This document shows, piece by piece, positions 28,330 through 37,146 of a stretch of DNA of 64,000 nt. The stretch comes from Vicinamibacterales bacterium. GTDB taxonomy: Bacteria; Acidobacteriota; Vicinamibacteria; Vicinamibacterales; 2-12-FULL-66-21. Within the stretch, counting starts at the first letter, position 1. Each line of letters starts with the position of its first letter. Under the pieces are notes generated by a model. It saw only the letters and a program-made list of their open reading frames with translations. It had not been told where the DNA came from and searched no databases. The DNA lies in contig DASTVZ010000224.1 of the NCBI GenBank assembly GCA_035758845.1, positions 151-64,150 of the forward strand, in the 5' to 3' direction. The position numbers and the translations under genes are program-made.

Positions 28330-28829
28330 ACGGTCAGCCTCTTTCGCATGAACACGCATGGCATGGATCGTCCTGACATCAGGATCGCCTCTCCTGTCGA
28401 AAGTTCTTCGAAGCCATTCGCCTTATAAAAGTCGACGCCGGCCAGCGATGCCTGGATCTCGATGCGCGTCGCTCCATGTTCACGGGCGTGCTCTTCCGCG
28501 AGGCGCAGGAGCCTCGAACCGATCCCGTGTCGCGCGGCAACACCTCGAACGTAGACCGAGACGCCGTCCTGCGCGTCATCGACCCGATGCGTTGCAAACC
28601 CCAGCACCGCGTTCTCGCCATGGAGGCGGCCGACGGCGATGAAAAATACTTCACCATCCCGCATCGCCTGCACGTACACGTCGGGCTTCAACCCCGCCTT
28701 CCAGACGTCGACGAGTTCCGGTGGATAGAAGCGTGGACCGATTGACTCGATCGAGTCAATGTGCGCCAGCGTGATCGCTTCGGCGTCGTCGGGATGGGCG
28801 CGACGAGTCTCAATCTCTACAACTTCCAT
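28323..28829 (-). CDS. GNAT family N-acetyltransferase
   Basis: VRGVAARHGIGSRLLRLAEEHA motif. Confidence 0.85.
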   Translation of the reverse strand: MEVVEIETRRAHPDDAEAITLAHIDSIESIGPRFYPPELVDVWKAGLKPDVYVQAMRDGEVFFIAVGRLHGENAVLGFATHRVDDAQDGVSVYVRGVAARHGIGSRLLRLAEEHAREHGATRIEIQASLAGVDFYKANGFEELSTGEAILMSGRSMPCVFMRKRLTVC

Positions 28830-28863
28830 GAGCGCTAATTGATTGCCTTTCCGTCATGCGCTC

Positions 28864-29331
28864 TCACTGGCCCGCTGTCGCGCAGACCTCGTCGATCCCC
28901 TTGCACCGCGATACGCCGCTCCAGAACGTGCACCAGGCTGCAAAGCTTTTGTCGGACTTCGCGTCGATCGGATGGTCACGATCGCGCGGCAGCCGCACGC
29001 GATCCCCGCCGATCGCGCCGGCGATGTCGTCGCGCCGCAGCGTGCCGGTGAATTTCACGTCGAGCGCGGAGAAACTCAGACGGCCGCTCCTGGCATCATA
29101 GGAAACGTTGCGCAGCGCCTCGCACGGCGGATCGCCGCACAAGCCTTGATGATGATCGAGCAGACCGATCAACTTCCCGTTGTGTCGCCACAGCTCCAGC
29201 GAGTAGCCGTAGCAGTGCTCTCCGTCCTGGCCCTGGCGAACGTTGCCGAACGAACCGACAGGGACGAGCGCATCGGAGGTTCCTTGGACGATCGATAAGA
29301 CAACGGCGATCACGAGGACCTGGATACGCAT
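28864..29331 (-). CDS. secreted Cys-rich hypothetical protein
   Basis: Start ATG 29331 (MRIQVLVIAVVLSIVQG). Several Cys residues. No family recognised. Confidence 0.5.
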   Translation of the reverse strand: MRIQVLVIAVVLSIVQGTSDALVPVGSFGNVRQGQDGEHCYGYSLELWRHNGKLIGLLDHHQGLCGDPPCEALRNVSYDARSGRLSFSALDVKFTGTLRRDDIAGAIGGDRVRLPRDRDHPIDAKSDKSFAAWCTFWSGVSRCKGIDEVCATAGQ

Positions 29332-29378
29332 CGACCCTTCCTGACTTCCGCCTAAGGCGGATGTCACAAGTGCAATAT

Positions 29379-30119
29379 TTACGACTTCCCAACCATCGGC
29401 ACGAACCTGACTGGCAGCGTGGCGAGCGTCTCCATTCCCGTCGCCGTCCGGCGCATGATCCGCAATTCCTGATCGCTGACGCCGACCGGGATCGCCATCA
29501 GTCCGCCGACTTTCAACTGCTGCACCAGCGCGGGCGGCACCGCGGGAGGCGCCGCGGTAACGATAATGCGATCGTACGGGGCATGCTCGGGCCACCCCAA
29601 ATATCCATTGCCGGTGCGGACCTCGACATTGCGATACCCGAGGTCGGCGAGTGTCGCGCGCGCGCGTTTCGCCAGTGGTTCGACGATTTCGATCGTGAAG
29701 ACTTCCTTCGCCAGCACACTGAGGACCGCCGCCTGATATCCCGATCCAGTTCCGATCTCGAGGAGGCGATGCTCCGCCGCAACCTTCAACGCTTCGGTCA
29801 TGAAGGCAACGATGTAAGGCTGGGAGATTGTCTGTCCGTGGCCGATTGGCACCGGGAAGTCGCCGTAGGCGCCGCCCCGCGCCGATTCAGGAATGAAGAG
29901 GTGCCGTGGCACGCTCAGCATGGCGGAGAGCACGCGCTCGTCGCGGATATCGCGTTTCTTGAGCTGTTCCTCGACCATTCGCGCGCGCTCGCTCTGCCAG
30001 TCGCGCATGTCTGGCTGAAGCTCGCACGTCGCGGACATGCAGAAGAGGACGGCGATGAAAAGAACAGCGACAGGCAGCACCGTGCCTCCGATGATAAGAG
30101 GAACGGAGGTCCTCACCAC
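29379..30119 (-). CDS. pcm: protein-L-isoaspartate O-methyltransferase
   Basis: GHGQTISQPYIVAFMTE and LEIGTGSGYQAAVL. The GTG 30119 start gives a hydrophobic N-terminus. An internal ATG (MSATC) is an alternative start. Confidence 0.85.
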   Translation of the reverse strand: MVRTSVPLIIGGTVLPVAVLFIAVLFCMSATCELQPDMRDWQSERARMVEEQLKKRDIRDERVLSAMLSVPRHLFIPESARGGAYGDFPVPIGHGQTISQPYIVAFMTEALKVAAEHRLLEIGTGSGYQAAVLSVLAKEVFTIEIVEPLAKRARATLADLGYRNVEVRTGNGYLGWPEHAPYDRIIVTAAPPAVPPALVQQLKVGGLMAIPVGVSDQELRIMRRTATGMETLATLPVRFVPMVGKS

Positions 30120-30208
30120 AGAGGAAACAGAGAAGGTAAATTTAGTGATCTCTGTTATCTCTGCTAATTCTGTGGTCGGGACCTCTGCTCCCTCTTGTAT
30201 CCTCTGTG
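30117..30208. repeat. CAGAG / CTCTG short-unit inverted array (period about 9)
   Basis: cagaggaaacagag (30119-30132) pairs 12/14 with ctctgttatctctg (30150-30163). Further CTCTG units run to 30206. It lies between the pcm start and the FG-GAP gene stop. Confidence 0.6.
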
Positions 30209-30220
30209 TACGTCAGGACG

Positions 30221-32245
30221 TCAGCTCCCGCGCTTCTTCCGCAAATTCTGAAAAACAAATGTCCCGAGATTCGTGGAAGTGACGATGTCCGGCATGCCGT
30301 CGGCGTTCATATCGGTAATGACGAAATGAGACCCGACACCGGATCGGTTGTGCACCAGCTCGGGGACGAACTCGGCGCCGCCGGGCGCCTGCTTGTTGCG
30401 CACCAGACGATAGAGGTACAGCACGGGCTCGCCCCACGGATCGGGATCTGTATATCCGAAGTGCGACATGTAGCGTTTCCCGGTAACCATGTCGACGAGC
30501 CCGTCGCCGTCGACGTCGGCGAACGCGGTCGCGTGCGGTTCGGTGAAGATCACATCTCCTGCGTTCTTGGTTGTGAAGTCTCCCATGATCGTGTGCTCGA
30601 CGAAGGTGATCTTTCCGGCCTCACGCTTCTGCTCGTACCACGCGAGCCCGAACCCGTGGCCCTCCATCGCCGTGACGATATCGTTCAACCCGTCAGCGTT
30701 GACGTCGTAGACGGCGATCTCCGCGCCGCCGGCTCCTCCTTGCGACGCACCCCACCGGCCGAAGGCCTGCGGATGCATCGTCCAGAGGCCAGTGTTGCCT
30801 ACTGACGGCTGCTCCCACCACCCGTAGCAGTTGATGTAGTCCATCCGTCCGTCGCCGTTGATGTCGCCGACTCCCAGGCCATGACCGATGTTCACGCCCC
30901 ACGGACCGGGCTCCGAAATGGTTTTCGTGATCCACGTGCCGGTGGGATTCGCAGGGTCGGGATGTGAGTAACGGAGCGTGTTGTTGCCGGCGTGAATGAT
31001 GTCCGGCTTGCCATCGCCATCGATGTCCTTCATCACGGTTTCTTCGTTGCCGACTGGTTGCAGCACAACGTGCTTCGGCCACAGACGCGAGGCGTTCTTC
31101 GGGTTCACATACAGCGTTCCCGTCCCGTTCCCTGCATTGCCGCTCATGACGAGAAGATCGATCCATCCATCACCCGTGAAGTCGTACGCGAGGCTCACCA
31201 TCGACGGGATGGGATATTCGGCTGTTGGATTGAAAGAGTGTGGCGTGTAGATCTGCCTCGCGACCTTGTAATCAGGTCCGAGATAGAGGTATGGGCCCGC
31301 CGTCACGTCCATGATCCCGTCATGATTGAAATCACCCGCAGCCGCCGTCCACGAGTAATAGTGGGGATCGACCGCGATCGTTTTGAAGTTCCTGCCCGTT
31401 TCGATCGGTCCCCACGTTCGCGCGAGGAGGTCTTTGTACATGAGATCCCTCACGCGGATCTCGCCGCTGCCGCCGACGAACAATCCGATCTGGCCGTAAC
31501 CATCGGCATCGGACTCTGGAATGGCGCCTTGGCCTGGGCCGCCGCCTCTGCCGAGCGAACCGCCGTTGAATTTCGGCCGCACGCTGTTTTCAGTCAGGAG
31601 GATCTCAACCTCGTTGTAACCACCAGGAACGTAGGCACCCGCGGGACGCTCGGCGAGATTCTTTGGAAGTTGCGCGGCGATCTCGGGAGGCAACGGCGGC
31701 GCCGGCCCACCGCCACGGGTCGCACCCGGTTGAGGAACTCCGCCAGGTCCGCCTGCTCCGCGTCCTGCGCCTGCTCCGCCACCTGCTCCGCGCCCTCCAC
31801 CGCCCGCCGCGGCGGCAGCTGCGGCATGCGGTTCGCGCTTCGTTTCCTTTCCCTGCGCATCAATGGTGACGCTGTAGGACGCGAGGTCGCCTTCAGTCAG
31901 CGACATCAGCATGCCTTTCATGCCGCCGTCCGGCGTCTTCTCCACGCGCATGAGAATCCCGCCCTTGCAGCCCGAGGCGCACTTGACGTTCGCGTAGAGG
32001 CCAACGTCCTGGAAGGCCTTCCCGTCGAGGATCAGCCAGCCGCCGCCGGCGTCTTTCGGCGTGCCGACGATCTCGCCGTTCTGTACTTTCCAGTCGGCTT
32101 GACCGAACGATTTGAATGCCGTGAGGTTGGAGCCAGAAAAGCGATAGTCGGCCCTGAAGGTCGGTCCGGCGCCGGACACGGGCAAGATCAACACCGCGAA
32201 CAGTGCCGATGCGATTGCCGTCACGTGTGCACTTCGCTGGCCCAT
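30221..32245 (-). CDS. secreted DUF1080-like plus FG-GAP/VCBS repeat protein
   Basis: Start ATG 32245 (MGQRSAHVTAIASALFAVLILPVSG). DWKVQNGEIVG jelly-roll motifs, then repeated DxDGDG-type FG-GAP blades. Confidence 0.75.
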   Translation of the reverse strand: MGQRSAHVTAIASALFAVLILPVSGAGPTFRADYRFSGSNLTAFKSFGQADWKVQNGEIVGTPKDAGGGWLILDGKAFQDVGLYANVKCASGCKGGILMRVEKTPDGGMKGMLMSLTEGDLASYSVTIDAQGKETKREPHAAAAAAAGGGGRGAGGGAGAGRGAGGPGGVPQPGATRGGGPAPPLPPEIAAQLPKNLAERPAGAYVPGGYNEVEILLTENSVRPKFNGGSLGRGGGPGQGAIPESDADGYGQIGLFVGGSGEIRVRDLMYKDLLARTWGPIETGRNFKTIAVDPHYYSWTAAAGDFNHDGIMDVTAGPYLYLGPDYKVARQIYTPHSFNPTAEYPIPSMVSLAYDFTGDGWIDLLVMSGNAGNGTGTLYVNPKNASRLWPKHVVLQPVGNEETVMKDIDGDGKPDIIHAGNNTLRYSHPDPANPTGTWITKTISEPGPWGVNIGHGLGVGDINGDGRMDYINCYGWWEQPSVGNTGLWTMHPQAFGRWGASQGGAGGAEIAVYDVNADGLNDIVTAMEGHGFGLAWYEQKREAGKITFVEHTIMGDFTTKNAGDVIFTEPHATAFADVDGDGLVDMVTGKRYMSHFGYTDPDPWGEPVLYLYRLVRNKQAPGGAEFVPELVHNRSGVGSHFVITDMNADGMPDIVTSTNLGTFVFQNLRKKRGS

Positions 32246-32395
32246 CGTCTCCTCCCTTGTTGCCACACGACGAGTTTTCCGCCGCGAACTCCACGATCCG
32301 TGTCGGTCGGGTAGGCCTGATAGTAAACCGCTTTGATGCGCTCGAGAGAAACACAAGCAACTGTTGAGTGTCCACGCCGATGATGATCCTCGAGG

Positions 32396-32782
32396 CTAAT
32401 CCTCAACTACTTCGCTCGCGACTTCACCCTCGACCCATGAGGAAAGCCCGGCAACGACGACATCGTGGAGCTCCCTGAGCTCCGGAGTGTCAACGACCGT
32501 GTCGAGGAGGAGCATCCGTTTGACACGCGATGTGAGACGGATTCGAAACTCGCCTCGATCGGGATCATCCGTGAAAACGTCGATCGCGAGTTTGACGCCG
32601 CCCTTGTGGAACCACAGAAACCAGCCCCAGTCCTCCTCAGTGGGTTCGACATCGCCGTATCGGGCACGCACCGCGGGCAGAAGCTGTTCGAGGACGATGT
32701 CGCCACCAACACAACACTCGTTGATGTACTGCTCACGATCCGCAATCGGAACGCGCTTGGTGAAGCTCAGTTCGTACGGCAT
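32396..32782 (-). CDS. hypothetical cytoplasmic protein
   Basis: 128 aa with balanced composition. No family recognised. Confidence 0.55.
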   Translation of the reverse strand: MPYELSFTKRVPIADREQYINECCVGGDIVLEQLLPAVRARYGDVEPTEEDWGWFLWFHKGGVKLAIDVFTDDPDRGEFRIRLTSRVKRMLLLDTVVDTPELRELHDVVVAGLSSWVEGEVASEVVED

Positions 32783-32800
32783 GGTGTCCCGGTTCGGCGA

Positions 32801-33430
32801 TCACGATCGAGCCTTCCGTCCGACAAGGAGCGCGAGTTCGCGCCACTTCCAGTAGCAGTCGACATCCGCAAACCCGATTTCACGCAGCCACACCAATTGC
32901 GTGTGGACATCCAGAAGCTTGTTCGAAGGATCCTCGTCGTCGGCCGTCCGACCCATTGCCTCGAGAAATCTCACATGGCCGTAGTCGGATGCGGAGGCAA
33001 CATGCTCCAGGTTGCAGAACACGCCGCCCGGCGACAGCGCATTCCAGATCTCAACGTAGAGCCGACGCTTTCGCTCATGCTCGACATGGTGGATCGCAAA
33101 ACTCGACACGATGACGTCGAAGACCCCGAGTGATGGAAGTGGATCTTCCAGATTGTGCGCGATGACCTGCACGCGTTCACTCCCGTCGAACCGCTGACGC
33201 AGCCGCTCGAGCATGGGCGGTGAGAAGTCCACCGCCACCCCGAGCGCCGACGGGCGAGCGCGAAGGACCAGATCGAGGAGTCGTCCGTCGCCGGAACCAA
33301 GTTCGAGAATCCGTTGAACGGTCTCGGGCAACTCGTCGAGCAAGGTGGCCTCCCCCTCGCCTCGATGCGGAACGCGGTCGGCTTTTTCAAGGTACCCGAG
33401 CGCGTGCTTCGCCGTTTGCCATTCACTCAT
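32801..33430 (-). CDS. class I SAM-dependent methyltransferase
   Basis: ILELGSGDGRL motif I and DVIVSSFAIHH. Confidence 0.85.
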   Translation of the reverse strand: MSEWQTAKHALGYLEKADRVPHRGEGEATLLDELPETVQRILELGSGDGRLLDLVLRARPSALGVAVDFSPPMLERLRQRFDGSERVQVIAHNLEDPLPSLGVFDVIVSSFAIHHVEHERKRRLYVEIWNALSPGGVFCNLEHVASASDYGHVRFLEAMGRTADDEDPSNKLLDVHTQLVWLREIGFADVDCYWKWRELALLVGRKARS

Positions 33431-33548
33431 CGTGACCGTCCAACGCGGCTCAGTATCACATCATCCGGCGTTGGGTCCAACGGTTACTTCGACCTTACCG
33501 TAGGTACGTCTCAGCGTGGCACTGAATGCTCATGACTGAGCGGTGCCC

Positions 33549-34040
33549 CTAATCGAGCAACCGCAGCCCGGGTACTGATGCAAGCAGCTGGCGCACGTCG
33601 ACGGCATCCGGATCAATAAATGCCGCGCGTTCGTGGGCTATCGACGCGAGCCAGTAACGTCCGCTGGCCGTGTAGAATGCGAGATCCTCTGGGCGATTTG
33701 GTGCGAGCCACGCGAAGAGTCGTCCCGCATCTTCGAGCAGGGCTTGCGCGGCGGCCGAAAGTTCATAAAACCGTACGATTGCCGCATGTCCAATGAGCTG
33801 CGTTCCCGGCCACGTCTCAGTCGTCTCCAGACGGATGAGTGATGAACGAAGGGCATCCTCAACCTGCTTTGTGTTTGCATCAAACTTCAATTGATGCCGC
33901 CACGTTAACGAAAATGTGCTTCGCTCCGCGGCCGCAAAGCGGATGAGTGCGACGTAGGTCGTACCGCGGGGTTCCCTGTCGATGGCACGTAACGCGTTCA
34001 TTGTTTGAGTCGACTTGTCGAGCCACCTCACGTCGCGCAT
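33549..34040 (-). CDS. hypothetical protein
   Basis: 163 aa with protein-like composition. No family recognised. Confidence 0.55.
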   Translation of the reverse strand: MRDVRWLDKSTQTMNALRAIDREPRGTTYVALIRFAAAERSTFSLTWRHQLKFDANTKQVEDALRSSLIRLETTETWPGTQLIGHAAIVRFYELSAAAQALLEDAGRLFAWLAPNRPEDLAFYTASGRYWLASIAHERAAFIDPDAVDVRQLLASVPGLRLLD

Positions 34041-34185
34041 CTCGGTGGCCGACTGCTCACACGGCCGGGTGGATTGGCTACCGCATGACGAGTGAAGCCA
34101 CCAGTCCGCCGATCGCGCCGAGCGCCCAGGTTATCGGTCGAATCCGGCAAGAGACTAAGGACGGCCGCGGGTGCGAGGCGGAACG

Positions 34186-35976
34186 TCAGATTCGCTGAAA
34201 GTTCTTCTCAATCTCCCGTCGCGTGATCCGCAATACGACAGGACGTCCGTGCGGACAGACGCTTGAATACGCCGTGCGACGCAGCTCCTCAAGGATGTAA
34301 CGCATCTTCTCCATCGTCAGCGGATAATTCGCCTTGACGGCAGCATGACACGCCATGGTTGCTGCGATCCGGCGCAGCGCTTCCTCGACGCGAGATCCGC
34401 GGTCGAGCCCCTCGAGATCGCTGGCCAACGCGCGGATGGCGGCCTCGCATTCACCCGGATCGAGCGCGGCGGGAAGCGCGGAGAGACGAACGCTGTCGCC
34501 GCCGAACTCCTCGATCTCGACGCCGAACTTCTCGAGCGTCGCCGCATGTGGAAGGAGCGCCTGCCGCTCAGCGGGTGAGAGCTCGATGAGAACAGGCGTC
34601 AACAGGCGCTGGCTTTCGAGCTGGCCGGACGTCAACCTCTCCATCACCTGTTCGAACAGCACGCGTTCGTGCGCCACATGTTGATCGACAATTGCAATCC
34701 CTTCATCGTCAATCGCGATGATGAACGTGTCGCGAAACTGGCCCAGGGGGATCATTGGGCGGAGGTCACCCGGTTCTACTGGGTTCTGCGTGGTCCTACC
34801 GGGTTCAGCAGGGTTCGACAGGGCGCTGCCGACAGCGTTCTCAGTTGCTGGCTCCATAAGATTGCGCCATGGCCCGAGCGGTTCGGGCGCCCACCGGTTT
34901 CCAACCGTCGCGCCGGCAAGGACACCAGGAATCGCCATCGGACGCGGCTCCAGCTGGCGCGGCGAGAACGGCGTGAATTGCAACTCAGGGGCGCGGCCTT
35001 GCCCGAGCGCTTCCGCGAGCGCGCGGCGAAGCACTTCGTGCACGAGTGACTGCTCGAGAAACCGCACTTCCGCCTTGGTCGGGTGAACGTTGACGTCGAC
35101 GCGATCGGCGGGCATGCGGATGAAGAGATGCACTTCGGGACTGCGTTCTTTGATCGTCGCCACGCTATACGCTTCCGAAATCGCGTGCGCGATCGTGCGG
35201 TCCTTGACGATGCGGCGGTTGACGAATACGTTTTGCGCGCCGCGCACCGGCCCCTGATCGCCGAGCGCCGCGACGTACCCGTGAATCTGCAGCCCGGCGG
35301 CCTCTTTGCGGACTTCGATCAAGTCGAGGCGCTCGCCAAACAGCTGATAGAAGCGGTCGCCCAGACCGTTGGCTGGCGGGCACTCGAGCAGCTTTCGTCC
35401 GCCGCTGGTGAGCGAGAAGCCAACCTCGGGATACCCGAGGGCCATCTGCGTCACGAGGCGGGAGATCTGCGCGGATTCGGCGCTATCCGACTTCAGGAAC
35501 TTGCGCCGCGCCGGCAGGTTGTAGAACAGATCCGCGACCTCGATCGAGGTGCCTTCGGGGACGCCGACTTCGCGCTGCGAGGCAACCGTGCCGCCATTGA
35601 CGCGTATCTCGGTGCCTGACGCGCTGCCGCGCGCGCGTGTGCGCAACTGGAAATGCGACACCGACGCGATACTCGGCAGGGCTTCGCCTCTGAATCCCAA
35701 CGTGAGAATGGCGCCGAGATCTTCCGGCGTCGCAATTTTGCTCGTCGCGTGACGCTCGATCGCGAGCCGCGCGTCCTCCGGATCCATCCCCTCTCCATCG
35801 TCCTCGACGCGAAGCAGCTTCTTGCCGCCGAGCTCGATGGTGATCACGATGCGCGTCGCCTGCGCATCGAGCGAGTTCTCGATCAGTTCCTTGACCACCG
35901 AAGCCGGACGCTCGACGACTTCGCCGGCGGCGATTTGATTGGCGAGGCGGAGGGGAAGACGATGAATGCGAGGCAT
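34186..35976 (-). CDS. mutL: DNA mismatch repair protein MutL
   Basis: IAAGEVVERPASVVKELIENSLDA ATPase motif and a C-terminal endonuclease/dimerisation region. Confidence 0.95.
   Translation of the reverse strand: MPRIHRLPLRLANQIAAGEVVERPASVVKELIENSLDAQATRIVITIELGGKKLLRVEDDGEGMDPEDARLAIERHATSKIATPEDLGAILTLGFRGEALPSIASVSHFQLRTRARGSASGTEIRVNGGTVASQREVGVPEGTSIEVADLFYNLPARRKFLKSDSAESAQISRLVTQMALGYPEVGFSLTSGGRKLLECPPANGLGDRFYQLFGERLDLIEVRKEAAGLQIHGYVAALGDQGPVRGAQNVFVNRRIVKDRTIAHAISEAYSVATIKERSPEVHLFIRMPADRVDVNVHPTKAEVRFLEQSLVHEVLRRALAEALGQGRAPELQFTPFSPRQLEPRPMAIPGVLAGATVGNRWAPEPLGPWRNLMEPATENAVGSALSNPAEPGRTTQNPVEPGDLRPMIPLGQFRDTFIIAIDDEGIAIVDQHVAHERVLFEQVMERLTSGQLESQRLLTPVLIELSPAERQALLPHAATLEKFGVEIEEFGGDSVRLSALPAALDPGECEAAIRALASDLEGLDRGSRVEEALRRIAATMACHAAVKANYPLTMEKMRYILEELRRTAYSSVCPHGRPVVLRITRREIEKNFQRI
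34771..34830. repeat. five to six GGTTCTNNNN decamer units inside the mutL CDS
   Basis: cggttctact gggttctgcg tggtcctacc gggttcagca gggttcgaca gggcgctgcc. Same unit, phase and orientation as the left arm at 14559. Confidence 0.8.
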
Positions 35977-35978
35977 CT

Positions 35979-36183
35979 CGATTGCCGATTGTTGATTGGT
36001 GAATGCCGATTTGTCGATTGCTGATTGTCAATTGGTCATTGACGATCGCTGACTGGCGATTGGTGATTGGCGATTGGTGATTGCCGACGGGTGTTCGAGT
36101 ATGACCAGGAGGTAAACACAATCGTCACTCCACAATCGTCAATCCAAACTCCGCAATCTACAATCCGCAATCCGCAATCGTCA
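35979..36183. repeat. large inverted heptad array: about 16 GATTGNN units, a 28-nt loop, then about 9.5 CAATCNN units
   Basis: Left arm 35979-36088, loop 36089-36116, right arm 36117-36183. It occupies the whole corA-mutL spacer and touches both the corA stop and the mutL ATG. Confidence 0.9.
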
Positions 36184-37146
36184 TATCCAGCCTTTCTTCC
36201 GAAAGAACCCGAGCATCGCCGCCGACAGGGCGAGCATGATGCCGCAGACCCACCAGAACTGCGCGTGTTCGCCGCCGGGCAAATGCGGCAACGGCACGTT
36301 CATGCCGTACATGCCGGTCAGGACGGTCAGCGGCATGAACAGCGTTGCGATGATCGTGAGCACCTTCATCACCTGATTGAGCTGGTTCGATACCGCAGAC
36401 AGGTGGGCGTCGAGGATACTCGTGATGCGATCCTGAAAAAACATCGCCTCGTCCGACAGCCTCACCAGGTGGTCATGCACATCGCGAAAACCGTACGCGA
36501 GCTGTTCGGTGATCAACGGGAATTCGCGGCGCGCCAGCCGGCCGACGACGTCGCGTTGCGGCAGCACGGTTTGGCGCAACGACGAAATGTCTTTCTTGAA
36601 ATTCAGAATCCGGCGTGCCAGCTGCGTGTTCGGGTGCTCGAACACTTCCTTTTCGAGTTTGTCGAGCTTCTCAGACAACTTGTCGACTTCGGGCCGGTAG
36701 TTGTCCACCATCGTGTCGACGATCCGGTAGAGCAACATGCCGGGCCCTTCGCCAAGCATGCGGGAGTCACGGCTGCACACCACGCCCACTTTGCCGATTG
36801 ACCGTGAGACACCGGGATGCACGGTCACCAGGAATTGTGAACCGAGAAAAAAATCGACGTCCTTGGTGGTGAAGCGATGTTCGGACGCATGAAAATCGAT
36901 TCCGTGCAGAATTACGTACAGGTAGTCGCCGTAGGACTCGATTTTCGGGTGATGCAGCTCGCTGAGAGCGTCTTCAATCGCAAGCTGATGAAAATGAAAG
37001 GTGTCGCTGAGGACTTTTGTTTCGTCAGGAGTCGGTCGATCGAGATCGACCCAGACACATATGCCGCTGCCAGGCTTGATCCAGGCGGGGTCCACGCGAT
37101 CGACGAGCTGAGTGGACCCGCCCTCGTGCTTGTAGATCCTGATCAA
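36181..37146 (-). CDS. corA: magnesium/cobalt transporter CorA
   Basis: YGMNV (GMN) motif plus two C-terminal TM helices. TTG 37146 overlaps the ppdK stop (TTGA). Confidence 0.85.
   Translation of the reverse strand: MIRIYKHEGGSTQLVDRVDPAWIKPGSGICVWVDLDRPTPDETKVLSDTFHFHQLAIEDALSELHHPKIESYGDYLYVILHGIDFHASEHRFTTKDVDFFLGSQFLVTVHPGVSRSIGKVGVVCSRDSRMLGEGPGMLLYRIVDTMVDNYRPEVDKLSEKLDKLEKEVFEHPNTQLARRILNFKKDISSLRQTVLPQRDVVGRLARREFPLITEQLAYGFRDVHDHLVRLSDEAMFFQDRITSILDAHLSAVSNQLNQVMKVLTIIATLFMPLTVLTGMYGMNVPLPHLPGGEHAQFWWVCGIMLALSAAMLGFFRKKGWI

Noticed and set aside
8449-34185. A genomic island or prophage between rarA and mutL. This is a 25-kb run of accessory-type genes.
   Set aside because: There is no integrase, transposase, phage gene, flanking tRNA or direct repeat. 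Base composition and gene orientation look the same as in the housekeeping half. It is better described as a variable chromosomal region.
35483-36121. ORFs that read through the heptad arrays and give odd peptides such as QSPITNRQSAIVNDQLTISNRQIG. The others are 36067..36801, 42081..42353, 60300..60542, 60361..60645 and the 4237 start of the PLP enzyme.
   Set aside because: The peptide periodicity only mirrors the 7-nt DNA repeat read in rotating frames. These ORFs overlap well-supported genes or have no start context, so I treat them as translation artefacts of the repeats.
35979-36183. CRISPR-like interpretation of the arrays. The same question applies to 60471..60609 and 14559..14638.
   Set aside because: The units are only 7-10 nt, directly abutting, with no unique spacers of 25-40 nt. 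No cas genes are in the window. The arms are inverted rather than direct.
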